From NCBI GenBank assembly GCA_051530055.1, contig CM121343.1:2822389-2886388 (forward strand): 64,000 bases of DNA, read 5' to 3'. Made by a program: the position numbers and the translations under genes. The notes beneath the pieces are model-generated. The model was not told the origin of the DNA, ran no database searches, and was given only the letters and a program-made list of their open reading frames with translations. The stretch comes from Neoechinorhynchus agilis (Eukaryota; Animalia; Acanthocephala). This document shows positions 51,009 through 62,933 of the stretch, in pieces (position 1 is the first letter of the stretch; every line of letters begins with the position of its first letter).

Positions 51009-51699
51009 TAATTCCGACATTCCCTCAAGATTAGTACCAGCAATTACAATACTTGATAATGTCGGCCAGCGCCGATGAATAGGAGCGTCGAAGAAACTAT
51101 AAATTATGTATGCTTGCTTTTGGTTAAATAAAAAGCACGTGTTTGGTAATAAATTAGTATAATTTTAAGTGCGGTTTGGTATAACTAAGAAAAGATCCCG
51201 TAATTATTTTTGACTTCGACAAAGTGCATTATTAAATTTGAAAATGGACGAATTGAAGGTCATTAACGAAAATTCTGGAATTATTGCTATAAAAATTTGG
51301 TGGGTCCCTGGAATTTATAGCACAAAAACGAACTTTCAACGGAGTACATTCTTTTTCGATAAATTTGAATGGTTGTGATACGTCCATTCGCGAAAATTCT
51401 GGAATTTACTTTCCTCGAATCGAGCTCTCGAACGCATAATCATTTAATATTTAGGAAACAGTAGATTCAGTGCAAAGGAATTAGATATGAAATGCCTATT
51501 CTTAGAAAAATCCGCAATTAAGTGCACCGCAAGATTAATTTTGGCGACGAATCTGTAATTTGCTTTGGCAAACGTCAGAAATCTAAAATATTACAAGAGA
51601 AACACTGTCTAAAACGTTGCAGCTCGACGCAAGAGGCGTAAACACGTCTCCCAAGGGGTTTATGAGTGATACGCTCCTCAGTTGTATAACAAGTCCGAT

Positions 51700-51960
51700 T
51701 TTTGAACTTATAGAACGTGGTTGTGATCCCACCGTCGGGGAATGTTTTCTTTGAAGATCATTCCTCCATCAATAAGTCTGTTTCTATGGCTGAAGAGACT
51801 AACATGTTGTCTGCTCGTAAAAGTCATAGAGAAAGGAAGGAATGCGGCAGGTGAGAGCACTCCTTCTCTATGAAAACAGTGAGCACTAACGAGATATAGG
51901 TTCCATATGAGGCTTAATAGGGGATAACAACGAGGATTAAATGTAGGAAAAATAGCACTG
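51700..51960 (-). mobile_element. Possible highly decayed LINE RT fragment
   Basis: REGVLSPAAFLPFSMT weakly resembles QGSVLSPLLF. Confidence 0.25.
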
Positions 51961-52816
51961 CAAGTGTCCTTTAACACTATTTAATTCGAAAGTTTCAAGT
52001 GTGTCAATTCATGTTATCATTTTGGGAACGTACAAAAGAATTATTTACAAAAATACAAGTAAATTTAAAAAGGCATCCGTTACTATGAGATAATAATTCG
52101 TTTTAAATTCAGCTTTGTTGTTGATTCCGTGACACTGAGCATTTCGAATATCTGAATCAACTATAGTTTAAAATGTCATTTTACATCGCAGGATTGTGTG
52201 TACTTTGAATTTCGAATATCTAACAAATTTTGTACTCACCGGCGAGTTTACGGACTTAAATTTAATTTTTTCCGATTTGAATTGCATTTCAGTGTAGGGC
52301 AGCAGTTCCGTATTTTTTAAACATTTTTATTTTATGTATCAAATATTTACGGTTTACTACCCCGACATTTACGTTTTTTGTGGATTTACGACTTTAAAAG
52401 GACTCCTTATTTCCAATTTTCACAAGTTTTCGGGTGATTTAGAATTAATATCAAATGTTTTAGAAAAAATGTTCAGCGGAAATTTATATTTTCATGTAGG
52501 AACATTACAATAAAGCGTAGTTTGACCTTAAGCTTTGATATTTTAGGTAAACAAATGTCTTAAAGGGTTTAACATTAAAAGATGAACTCCCAACATGAAA
52601 TTCGGATACTTTTTCGAGATAAGAGATCAAAGGACAACAAATTAGCAGCGGATTAAAAACACAAGAAAAGGAAGTTCGACAAAAAATGGTTGTTCGATTT
52701 TTACTCCCCACGGAGAACGAAAAACTAAATCAAAGAGCATTAATTTCCGAAAAAAACGAAAGGAATTAAGAGCGCCCTTTAACATTTTGTTAGTTCAGTA
52801 TAAAATCAAAATATAT

Positions 52817-54840
52817 TTATTGGTCATCCATCGCAACCTCTTCAATGGGTTCAGGAGCGGCGTCCGATCCAAGAGTATTGGGAGCAAACGTTTTGTCTTG
52901 TTTAAAAGAATAGATCAAATCGCTAACGTCATCATCGCTGATCTTTTTCCACCCTTCTGGACCCATGTAATAAACTGAAAAGGTAAAGAATTTCTAAAAA
53001 GCGTTTCTGAAGTTGAAAAAAGAGACCTCTGACAATTCCACCAGACATTGCATCTCTATGAGTCGCATGTACGATTGCCCGTCTAGCTAAATCAATCGCT
53101 TCATCGATAGAGAGATCATACCTAATGTATATAATCTTCATCGACATTAAGATCTTAAGACTCACTTGTACTCTGTGTCAAGGACCGTGTAGGCGTATAA
53201 AGATCCACTTCCAACGCTGAACACTTTATCAGTTGAGCGTTGACCATCGTCCGTCACTCGGTAAAGACCGGGTCCCTAATAAGCATTGTGTACTTTGTCT
53301 CTATTAAGAAACAAACCCGTTTGTCCCATCCAACTATCATTGTACCCATCGAAAGACCCATTCCTTTATATTGGTATATCATATTCGCAAGGATTTTGGA
53401 AGCAGCAGCGACCGTTATACGCTCTTTATTGCGGAGTTCGTACAGACGGCATAGTTTACGAGAATTAGATTAAAGATTCAGAGATTTAAAAAAGTCTGAA
53501 ATGAAGACTTTTGAAAGAGAATTTTGTAAAAAAAAGATTTTGTTTAGTGGATTTTAGAATCTCTTTAAAAAAGATAATGAAAAAGATAGACGGTTGTGCA
53601 TTTTTCTTATAAACAAATCAGTTAAACTATTAAACTTGGAAAAGTCGAAAGATAACATTTAAAATGTTAACATAACAACGATTTTAATTGTACGTTGGCT
53701 AATCTTGTCCCCGGTGTTGTCGCTACTCATTTATTTATTTGAGAAATATTTCACAAGGTTTTCCCTGTTCTGTTCAGTTTCTATTGTTAAAATGTTTAAA
53801 AAAATTAACAATAGAGACTCAAGAGGCGAGGAAAACCTTAGGCTGAATAACCATTTTTTAAGACCTAGGATCAAAAACGAGCGTATATATTTGTGCGAAT
53901 ATATAAATTTCTTTTTACAATTAAAAATAGAAAGCGTATTTCTCGAGAACTTCATTGTTTTCAATGACAGTGGAACGTCGACGATCCGAACATTAATTAT
54001 CCTAAACATCAATTTTATCCTGCTACTCAACTAGTGTTCCTAGAAGAGAATAAAAGACCTTGCAGCAAATAAGCGATTATTTTATCAATAAAGCCAAATT
54101 CAAACAATTCTAAGCCACTTTTGTTTTTCAGCCACTTCTCCCGTATGTTTAGAACTTCGATTTTCGTTTATCCTTAAAAAATTTGTCCGGTCCAAATTAA
54201 TTCGGATAAACGACGTTATACTGTAAATTAAAAAAGAATTAGTAGATAAAACATGTCGCATTGTCCATTTTTAAGCAACTAACGCCCCTCAAAGACCAAA
54301 GAATCGATAAATCCAATTCATAGCGAGCTGTCTTTCCCATATAAAACAATCTGCAGCTCCACCGGCCATTGTGCCAAGTAAATACGGATTGATTTCAATG
54401 ACTTTCTTAACAGAATTAGAAACTGAATTCAGTGGAGTGATAAAGACCGTGTAGAATAATCACTTACATATAAAGCTCCCGCCAGTCGCACGACTGTCCA
54501 CGGCAACCATAACTCCATGGGCAAATTTAAATGCCAGCGTCGTTGTGCCTTTTAGCATTCGTATGTTCAATTCAAGATTCTAAGTGTTCAGTATTGGTAA
54601 TTTTTTGTTTGCTTAATGTGTGAATCATACTGAGAGATGCTGATAAATTTTGGGAGATGGGAGGTAGACTACAGGTTCCGTTGTGTTGCACTCCGATGAT
54701 TTGAAAAACTCGAATCCTGTGTCGTGCATCTTCCCATCGGATGAGTCCAAATATCGATGGAAATCACGAGGCTCCTTGAAAATTCGATATTCACGATCAC
54801 CATTGCGAGATAATGCTGTCGTTACACATTCAAGAGCCAT
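52817..54840 (-). CDS. PSMB5: Proteasome subunit beta type-5
   Basis: Propeptide MALEC..., [75 protein letters not shown]. Five short GT-AG introns plus one ~864-bp intron lacking canonical ends. Confidence 0.95.
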
Positions 54841-54984
54841 TTCAGGTTAGTAAATCGACCAAAAAACTAAATCTAGATTAGCAGACTTTTTTAAACGGAA
54901 ATCTCAGAATTTTTAACAATTATTTCTTTCAAGGCGATACCGCATTCCCAAAAAATTCTTAAATATCCGGTTGTTTTACAGTAA

Positions 54985-55365
54985 AGAAATCCAACTGATT
55001 TTATTTTAAAATCCGATATTTCGGCACAATCTTGTGCCAGGCGGATTTTAGGCTCAATCTTAGGACTGTGCATTTTGATCCATTCGCCACGTAATTTTTT
55101 AGACCTTGATAAACGCGTACAAGATTGTTTCGAAATATCGGATTTGAAAATAAAAACATTTTATTGATAGTTGCAACCTTATTAACCTCCCCGATGACTG
55201 ATTTATTTGTATACCTGAAGAGGTCTGCATGCAGACGAAAATTCGTACAAATCAGTCATCGGGGAGGTTAATAAGGTTGCAACTATCAATAAATTGGAAT
55301 CCCCCCGATTGAAATCAAAGACACAATAAAATCATTTTAATTTCTTCGCCAGAAAACAACCAATA
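54985..55365. mobile_element. Family B fold-back with a nested hammerhead hairpin
   Basis: Family B arms flank the 55160-55293 insertion; the outer arm resumes at ~55330 (aaaatcattttaatttcttcgccagaaaacaacc). Confidence 0.7.
55160..55293 (+). ncRNA. Minimal type I hammerhead ribozyme-like motif at the apex of a perfect 45-bp inverted repeat
   Basis: CTGAAGA 55215-21; stem II gtctg-catg-cagac; GAAA 55237-40; AT; TC 55243-44; stem I atttg(ta)tac / gtacaaat. Arms 55160-55204 and 55249-55293 are exact reverse complements. Confidence 0.65.
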
Positions 55366-55712
55366 AGAACGGTTCAGTCTTCAAAGGGTTAATATCTGAA
55401 ATATTTTGAACTATAATTTAATTTAGTGACGTGATGGTCATAATAGCGCGGATGTATACAATCACTGATGCGACGATGCTTTTTTACTTCGATATATGTT
55501 TTTTCCGGGCGATTATTATCGCCACATAGCCAACTTTGTCATCCTTAAGAATTTTCTCTTGTTGATAATCGATATTAGTTTTGGATTAGATAGCAAAACA
55601 AGTTTTGGAATGTTCTAATTTTTATTTCTAAATAGACACTTGAGCTTTGTAATGACAAAAAGAAAATCTTTATTTTCAAGCGTTTTCGGCGTCTTGCGGC
55701 TTTTTCAGGAAT

Positions 55713-56560
55713 CTACAAAGAAGCATTGAGTTGTGAATTGGTTTTTAAGTAGCGACATTGAAGTGTGGCAAGTTCGCCCCGCTTGTTGAGCAGTTCTGTA
55801 GGTTTGTCTAGCTGATGTTGATGTCCAGAACTATCAGTCGCGTTGTCCGTGGGAAACACCATCCCTTTTTCCTTCGGGAGCCCCAGTGAAAGAGCTAAGC
55901 GTAGCACCTAAGTTTAGAAGCGAGGGATAATGAATTGGTGACGGTCTGGGGAAACATCTTTCCCTTTCAACCGCCCGGTACATTAGTGCCTCGGCGATAG
56001 TTCCACCGAGTCCTTGGCCACAAACCTAACTCTTCTGGGGAGCTTTCTGGTCCCTGTGGCCCTCGGAATGGTGCTTTGCGGATGTTGCGTCCAGATTCAG
56101 TTCGCTGGGAAAGTATTCCGTCAAACTTTGACGCAATGGACGTTAGGTCCTTGCGATTGTCATCGGCCAAACATCGTCCGCAGGTCACGTCGTAGATCAC
56201 GAAGCTTCGATTGCAAATCGAATCTTGTAGGCCATTTATATCAATTACAATGCTTGACATATTTGCGGCGTTTCATGGGATGTGCTATGTGTGACCGCAC
56301 TTCTGAAAACAATCCGGACATCAATTCACGTTCGTCGCAGAAACTTTCGAACTTCATTAGTGAAATTTTCACTGATATATAAAGTCTTGAGAATTGGTTT
56401 TTCATCTCGATTTCGTGATGGATCATCTTTCCCTTTCTCATCTCTTGAATCACACCGATGCTTTAACCGTATGATCTCGTTGCGTTTGTATCCACTCTCT
56501 ATTGTCAAACGTTTCTTCGTTAATGACGATGAGTGAAACCCCAGGGAATCTCAGCATAAA
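55713..56560 (-). CDS. Hypothetical multi-exon gene
   Basis: Several adjacent higher-GC open frames with plausible splice sites; no coherent model or family obtained. Confidence 0.3.
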
Positions 56561-56639
56561 TTGCATGTTTCATCATTCAAGGATAATAGGAATTTCGATG
56601 CATGGTTATTCTTTTACAGTTTGCGATATCAACTGAAAT

Positions 56640-56955
56640 CAGTGATCTGATTAACTTTAATATTGAGGGATGTGCGAGACACATACGGTTATCCTCAAAT
56701 ACCTCCCGAGGAAGCGGGACTCGGCGTAACACCGTCGAAGGGAGAAAACTCACTCACGAGTGAAGATTGGACATTACGGAAAAAGGAGCGGAGGTGTAGG
56801 ATGATGAAAGGAATTGGGATTGCGAGTGTTTTGCTCATGTGAAAAGGGGAATAAAGCGTAGTAAAAATTGTGGTCGTAGGGCTGAGAGGCGTTTTGATTA
56901 TTTTATGAAAATTGTATCAAGGCATTCGGTGAGAGGGGGATTCGGTGAATTGTCT
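56640..56955 (-). mobile_element. 3' fragment of a CR1/L2-like LINE, inverted relative to its neighbour
   Basis: Reverse complement aligns by eye with 57900-58090 (ctcaccgaatgccttgat...atcaaaacgcctctcag...ccacaattt). Confidence 0.7.
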
Positions 56956-58340
56956 TAAAACAGGTCGGGTAAACCTGCCCGTTTTCGACATATCTCTATC
57001 TTACCTTCAATCGTAGAGAGATGCTTTAAAGCACACCTTGTGCCAATCTTCAATCGAAAAATTTCACTCATTCAATTCGGTTTTTGGCCCAAATTTCCTA
57101 CATCAGATGCCCTACTTTGTATTTATGACACGCTTCTACGCAACCTCGACGATAATCCCTCCCATTTCACCCGTCTTATTCAACTTGATTTATCGAAAGC
57201 ATTCGAGTCCGTGGACAATTCACTCCTTCTACTGCCTGCTCCGATTTTGGTCTCAATTTGTGGCGGATTCGTTGGCTCGAATCTTATCTTCACAATCGCA
57301 AACAATACATTCACTGCCGTTCTACCTCCTCCATCAGCCTATCCCTCACCAAAGGCGTACTTCAAGGTGCTGTTCTGTCACCACTTTTTTTTAATATTTT
57401 CTTAAACGACCTCAAACCTCGCTCGTTTCACTCTAAACTTTTCTCATATGCCGATAATCTCACCTTCATCACTCAATCACCGCACCACCTCTTCCTCCCC
57501 ATAACATCTAACGAAATGATACACATCAAAGATTTCTGTACCAATCACAAACTTTGCTTGATTTTCTCTAAATACTTCGCTCACGCAATCCCGTATCCTA
57601 CCCCGATCTTCCAAATGACATCCTACAAGTAACCTCCCTAAGAATTCTCGGTCTCCAATTTCAATCAAACTTGAAATGAAACTCGCACATCATTATCTCC
57701 CTCAAACTCAACGCCTTTAAAATTTATATCCTCAAACGCATCCGACATTTAGGAATCCATTCACCCGATCTCTACAAATTTTACTTCAGCTTTATTTAAC
57801 CCTTCCTCACCCACGGTTATCGCGTCTTCTGCAACCTTTCCAAATTTCATATCCGCCGTCTTGAAATTCTTCATAAAAGAGCATCTAAAATTTGCACAGC
57901 TGACTTTCTCCCCTCTTACCGAATGCCTTGATGCTATTTTCATTAAACAATCAAAACGCCTCTCAGTTCTACTACCACAATTTCTACCACGTATCATACC
58001 CTAATCACACGAGCACAGCACTCGTAATCCTAATTCGTTTCACCCTCCTATACCTCGCACCTCCCTAAATCTACGCTCCTTTTTTCATGCTGCCAAATCT
58101 TCTCGGATATCATAACCTGAAATGATTCCGAGGAAAGACCAACCTTACAAGCGCTCCTGCAAGCAATAACCATTAATTCCCACCAGAACAGACCTTCCAA
58201 CCCAACCGGATATTCTCAAACGAATGGAATCGTAATCGACTCCAAAATCAATAGCCAGGTTCTTATCCAATCAGAACTCGAGTGTTTATGAGGACCCAGA
58301 GGTACACGGGTTCTCTTCTTTGTGCAGTAGTAATAAAACG
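56956..58340 (+). mobile_element. 5'-truncated, decayed CR1/L2/Jockey-like LINE (RT domain to 3' end)
   Basis: RHISILP, QFGF, LDLSKAFESVD, WLESYL.NRKQY, GVLQGAVLSPLFFNIFLNDL, YADN, frameshifted. AATAAA at ~58331. Confidence 0.85.
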
Positions 58341-58470
58341 TGTTGTTAATGGTGAACGAGACTAAGTTATCAAGGAAACAAAGTTATGAAGATGTGAATG
58401 TGATCATTTAGTAGAACATCCCCAAATTTCTTATGGTGCAAACATTCGTTCAACACTCATGTGATTTACA

Positions 58471-60131
58471 TTAAAAAGACACATTGTAAACCAAATCAGA
58501 TAAAACGTGCTGAACAGCCACCTCGGCGGCAGCTTCGCACAACGGTCTAAATTTTCTACCCGTCACCGAATACTTGAAATCTGGGCCGAAGTTTAGCCGC
58601 AAAGAAGCGGATCCGGATACACTCACCGCAGCATGATAATGCCCTCGAATGAGTTGCGTATAAGCACTACCCAATGATCGTCCATTGTGATAAAAGAATA
58701 TCTTACTATTGTGGTTTCGTAAGGATTGGCAGCTAGGATAATTGTCCATTTGATACTCAAAATAGATATCACCATATAGTTCAACTAATCGAAGGTATTT
58801 GTAGTGAAATTGTGGTAAAAACGGCACGAGGTTAAAGTGATCAATTTTATCGTCCTCCGATAAAACCAGAGCGCAACCAACGGTGTCGCCGGTCTTTATC
58901 GTTTCTTTTCCATATTCCAAACCCATTGAATTGTGAAACTTGGTGCCTCGTAATGACCGAAGTGCATAACCACGATAATCCCATCCACATGGGGCCAAAA
59001 GTTGTTGGTCGTACAGTGCCCAACCTACCCGAAAGGTTGATTCAAGTTCATCGGTGTTGAGCACTTCTGCTTCATAGTACCAAGATCCGTGAGCGATTCC
59101 GAAATTGGATAGCGCTGTTCCATAGGTAGAAGTGCCCGTTATTGTCAAGCGATCCGCGGAGAGTTTGAGATGCGCAGCGCAGTCCTGGAGTGAAATTGCG
59201 ACATTGTCTTCTAGTTCGGAGAAGCGGTGGGACTTTTAGTCGTGTTAGCACGGACTACAAATTTAATGGAAAATCTAATTACATCGCCCTTTACCTCAAA
59301 CCTATTAAGCTCTTATAACAGCCCTTCACCTCAACTTTGCACCGCTACTCCGTTTCTTAATTGCACTCTATAGATGCCTGTGTTGACAAGTTCTCCCTTT
59401 ATGGGTTCAAATGAATTATCTCGCTTATTGCAATAAGCAAACGGGTCTCTACAAGCCGGAAATAAAGCCGTCTTTGAAGATCGTATAGGCAGACTCACTG
59501 GGAAGATTTCCGAAATCGATTGCGGTTCGCCCGTACATCGAGCAAACTGATGGAATGGCGTGAGTTCACTTAACATTTCGAACAAGGTCCGTTTTTTGGG
59601 TATCCTCAATGCGAAAAAATTTTCCTCATCCGGATGTCGAACAAAAGCTCCTCCTTGATTTAGACATCGAGCAACGCTGGCGCATACTCTAACCTGAGGA
59701 GGTTTTATGCTACATGTGATAAGTGTCCAAAATTGTTCCACGAATACTGATATAAGATCAAATCGGTGGAAATAGTAGTTTCCTTCATGGTGAATTCCTT
59801 TACTTTTGTCCTTGAAGATGAGGTTTGCTATTGTAGTCATGCATATTTGCTCGGTAGTTGCTTTTTTCAAATTAAAAAGGAACGCCTTTGACGGATTTAA
59901 AACGCAGGAGCTGCATTGAAATTCATACGAAAGAGAAAATGGTAGTATTTGAAAGTCGTGGGATGGAGTACACGAGTTGTGGTATATACGGCGGCATACT
60001 TTACATTGATACTCAACTTGCCCAATCATGCGAGGTTTTCCGCAAGGACAATTACCGTTGATTTTTCTTTCCTTTGAAAAGTCCAGAATAGGACATGTAC
60101 CATTTGAGCTTTTTCCATTCGCTGTAGTCAT
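58471..60131 (-). CDS. ASH2L: Set1/COMPASS subunit ASH2 (PHD-like/winged helix + SPRY + DPY30-binding tail)
   Basis: YQCKVC...LPFSLSYEFQCSSC...KKAT..QICMTTIANL; SLQDCAAHLKLSADRLTITG; GSWYYE, RVGW, APCGWD, RSLRGTKFHNS; QHVLSDLVYNV. One intron at ~59200-59345 with the exact ends ambiguous. Confidence 0.92.
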
Positions 60132-61379
60132 CTTGAATTTAACATAGAAATACGTTAGATGAAAAATTCGATCTAAGGCCTAGGGCTCTTAATCAAGAAG
60201 ATCAATGGGCTCAGTAAATTCCCACCATCTTAGGCATTGAACTATCGAATCATAAATAAGACAATGACCATCGCGATTTTCAAAAGTTATTTAAACTAGA
60301 GGAGGTTGCTGGATTTGAGAAATCTAATGGTATTAATTTTTATAGACAGCTGAGAAACATAACAATTTGATATTATTGCGTTAAAAACAAACTGTAATGC
60401 AATTAACAAAACCGTATAGCTGAAACGTTGCAGGTAAAATCGATTGAGATTACGGTCACCTAAATCTATTTGTTGTTAAAAACGTTCAAGTGTTGACGTC
60501 CCTTATTTCGTCTGTCATAACAGCAGCATTTGTTTTGGAAAGATAACAAAACGTTTCGTTTTAATGACGTTTGGTACTTTGGGTTAATATTTAAACTGTC
60601 AGTGCTATTTACATTGCCATATTTGGTGAATTTCGAGGCATTTTGGTGGCACAAAAACCTTTTAAGAAGTTACAACCATAAGCAATAACTTTGCAACCGC
60701 CATCTTATCTCTTTATTTTTCGAATTCATTATGTTTTTGTAATTCTGGAAATATTCTCTTCATAACGATTCACCATCTTAACATATTTCACTATTCGGAC
60801 TTGATTTTTAAAGCACAACGGACAGCGGTACGAAGATTTTCGTTATCTTTTACATTTGATTTTTATATATCTTCGGTTGTAGCGACTATTCGCTCAGCCT
60901 ATATTACAAATCCTTTTTAGATATGCCCGCTTTTTTCGATGCTTTGGCCAATTGGTCTCTATTGTTTATTAAGTTGAGCACCTCAGAAATCAAGAGCCGC
61001 AAGTGCGCGTGGTAATTCCGTGAGGATTTTTATTGCTCCTATTTGTAGATTTAATCATTGGAACGCTAGTTTAAAGAAGCTTCCTCTTGACGAAGAGCGC
61101 ACTTTATCATTTAATCTTGTTTACAAAGCGAAATAAAAAGTAAAACTTTTTTGAATCATCGAATCTTCGATTAGTGATCGAATATATATTTAACATTGTT
61201 GATGTCTTCGATTAGTTCAAAACAATAAGAGCAATGAAATAATGACATGTTGGTAATTATAATCTCAAGACATAAGTTGGCAATTTATGTTTTCAATAAA
61301 GTATATGGGCTATACGTTCTTAGTCCAAGCCTAGCGAATATCATGACTCTTTTTACGAGATGGAAATCAAGAGGTGAAA

Positions 61380-62300
61380 TATATTAGTGTTTTTCTTTAT
61401 AGTCCGGTAATTTAGGACCACTCCAAAGCGATAGGGGATGCTCAATAAGAGGGATGAGCTGACGGACAGCGTTGCCCTCCTCTGATTCCTTTTCAGACAA
61501 CCGAAGAAAAGCTTCCTGACGAAGACGCAAGGCGTCGAAAATTTGAAGCAATAAACAAATAAAACACCCATTTTCCGTTCGATAATAAATCTGGGATTCT
61601 TGATTCGCTAATCCCAAAATAAAAGGTACAAAAGAACAATTTCGTTGTATTGAAGTTTATTTACGCCTTGAAGCGAAACCTTTATCCTGTATCTCTAATT
61701 TCAGTTTGCAAAATAGAAAAAATATCAGTTTCGCTGATAAAATCAAGCGGCGAACCTTTCGTTCTGTCCGGCTAAAATTCAAAGAAGCACTCATGATAAA
61801 AATTAATTATTTATTCCAGGGAAACCGTTTTAGCATGGAGCCCTTGTGATCTTCTCGGATATCAAACGTTGCAACTCGGAACAAAAAAGGATCATATACA
61901 TTTCAGGCATCATTGTCTCGAATTTCTTTATCTCCTCTTGAAACAGCTACGTTTCTTTGCATTAGAGTGAAGGTTAGTTTATAAGCCTTCCCCGGACTAA
62001 GGTTAAGACGATGGATTACATTATCGCCACAGAGATAAGTCGGTTTGAGGAATATCATGGCATTCACACGACTGCAGAGATCCAGTTCGACCTTCTGATG
62101 ATGATTTACAACCTCCGGGGCGACTTTTCACGCTGAAAGTTTGCGCATACATAATGTCCGAGCTGTCTGTTGTCTTTTCCTCCGTCAACAGTGGTCTGAG
62201 GTGACAAAAACCTCTTATAATTTTCTGCCATATGTGGAGGCTACAAGAAAAAGACAGTCGCAGACATGTCATCGCATTGTTAGTGTGCTAAGGGATTGAC
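61380..62300 (-). CDS. Hypothetical multi-exon gene, divergent from the kindlin
   Basis: Short open frames with GT/AG boundaries; no family recognised. Confidence 0.25.
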
Positions 62301-62512
62301 TTTTGATGGATATAAGCGTTGAAAGAGAAGGGACGGTGACTGTCTTTACCTGTTGGCGTGTGCAGGATAAATTTAAGATAGCACTTGATGTAAAGGGAGA
62401 CCATTGTCCGAAAGCTAACATTCGGTATCAATTTCTCCCCATTGATAGTAGTCGAGACTCGTAGATATCTTTGTGTGTGTCAACCAACACTCGCTCGATT
62501 TTTTCTCTGAGA

Positions 62513-62933
62513 ATGTCCAACGAACCAATCCTTCTTACGGTCGTAATTGATCAACTAATGCTCGAAAACTGCTGCAATAATCAACTCCCTTCAACCGTTG
62601 TCCTGAAACTTGCGAATATCGCAACGCGAGTAGGAGATTTATGTGGGGCACTCGTGAACCATCTGAGCAATGGATGCAGTGTTTGTCAACGGGGACGGAA
62701 TTCCGCATGTCTTTTTTATCCAGCACGAAACCGCTGGCTTTTAAAAAGCAAGTGGCCGCTCCATAAATACGGCATGCCAAGCAAAGCGAACAATAACAAC
62801 GATCATGTGGTCGTCTATACTGCTAAAGTCAAACGTATAAAAATCAAACTGCCGGATAATACAGTTAGGACTCATTGGGTGGATTTCAGTGTTCGGACGT
62901 ATCTGGTCGTCAGGGCCTTATGTCGCGAATTAG
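62513..62933 (+). CDS. FERMT: First exon of a kindlin (FERMT/UNC-112)-like protein, F0 domain and start of F1
   Basis: RWLLKSKWPLHKYGM matches kindlin WLLKTHWTLDKYGI; RIKIKLPDNTVRTHWVDFS...VRALCRELG matches LRLQLPN...VNFS...VSDICK. Ends at a GTAAGT donor; downstream exons not identified. Confidence 0.7.

Noticed and set aside
53705-54034. Transposase ORF within the PSMB5 intron
   Set aside because: The overlapping ORFs on both strands are AT-rich, F/I/L/K-biased and show no DDE motif.
59200-59345. Non-canonical intron in ASH2L
   Set aside because: Several in-frame GT-AG combinations are available.
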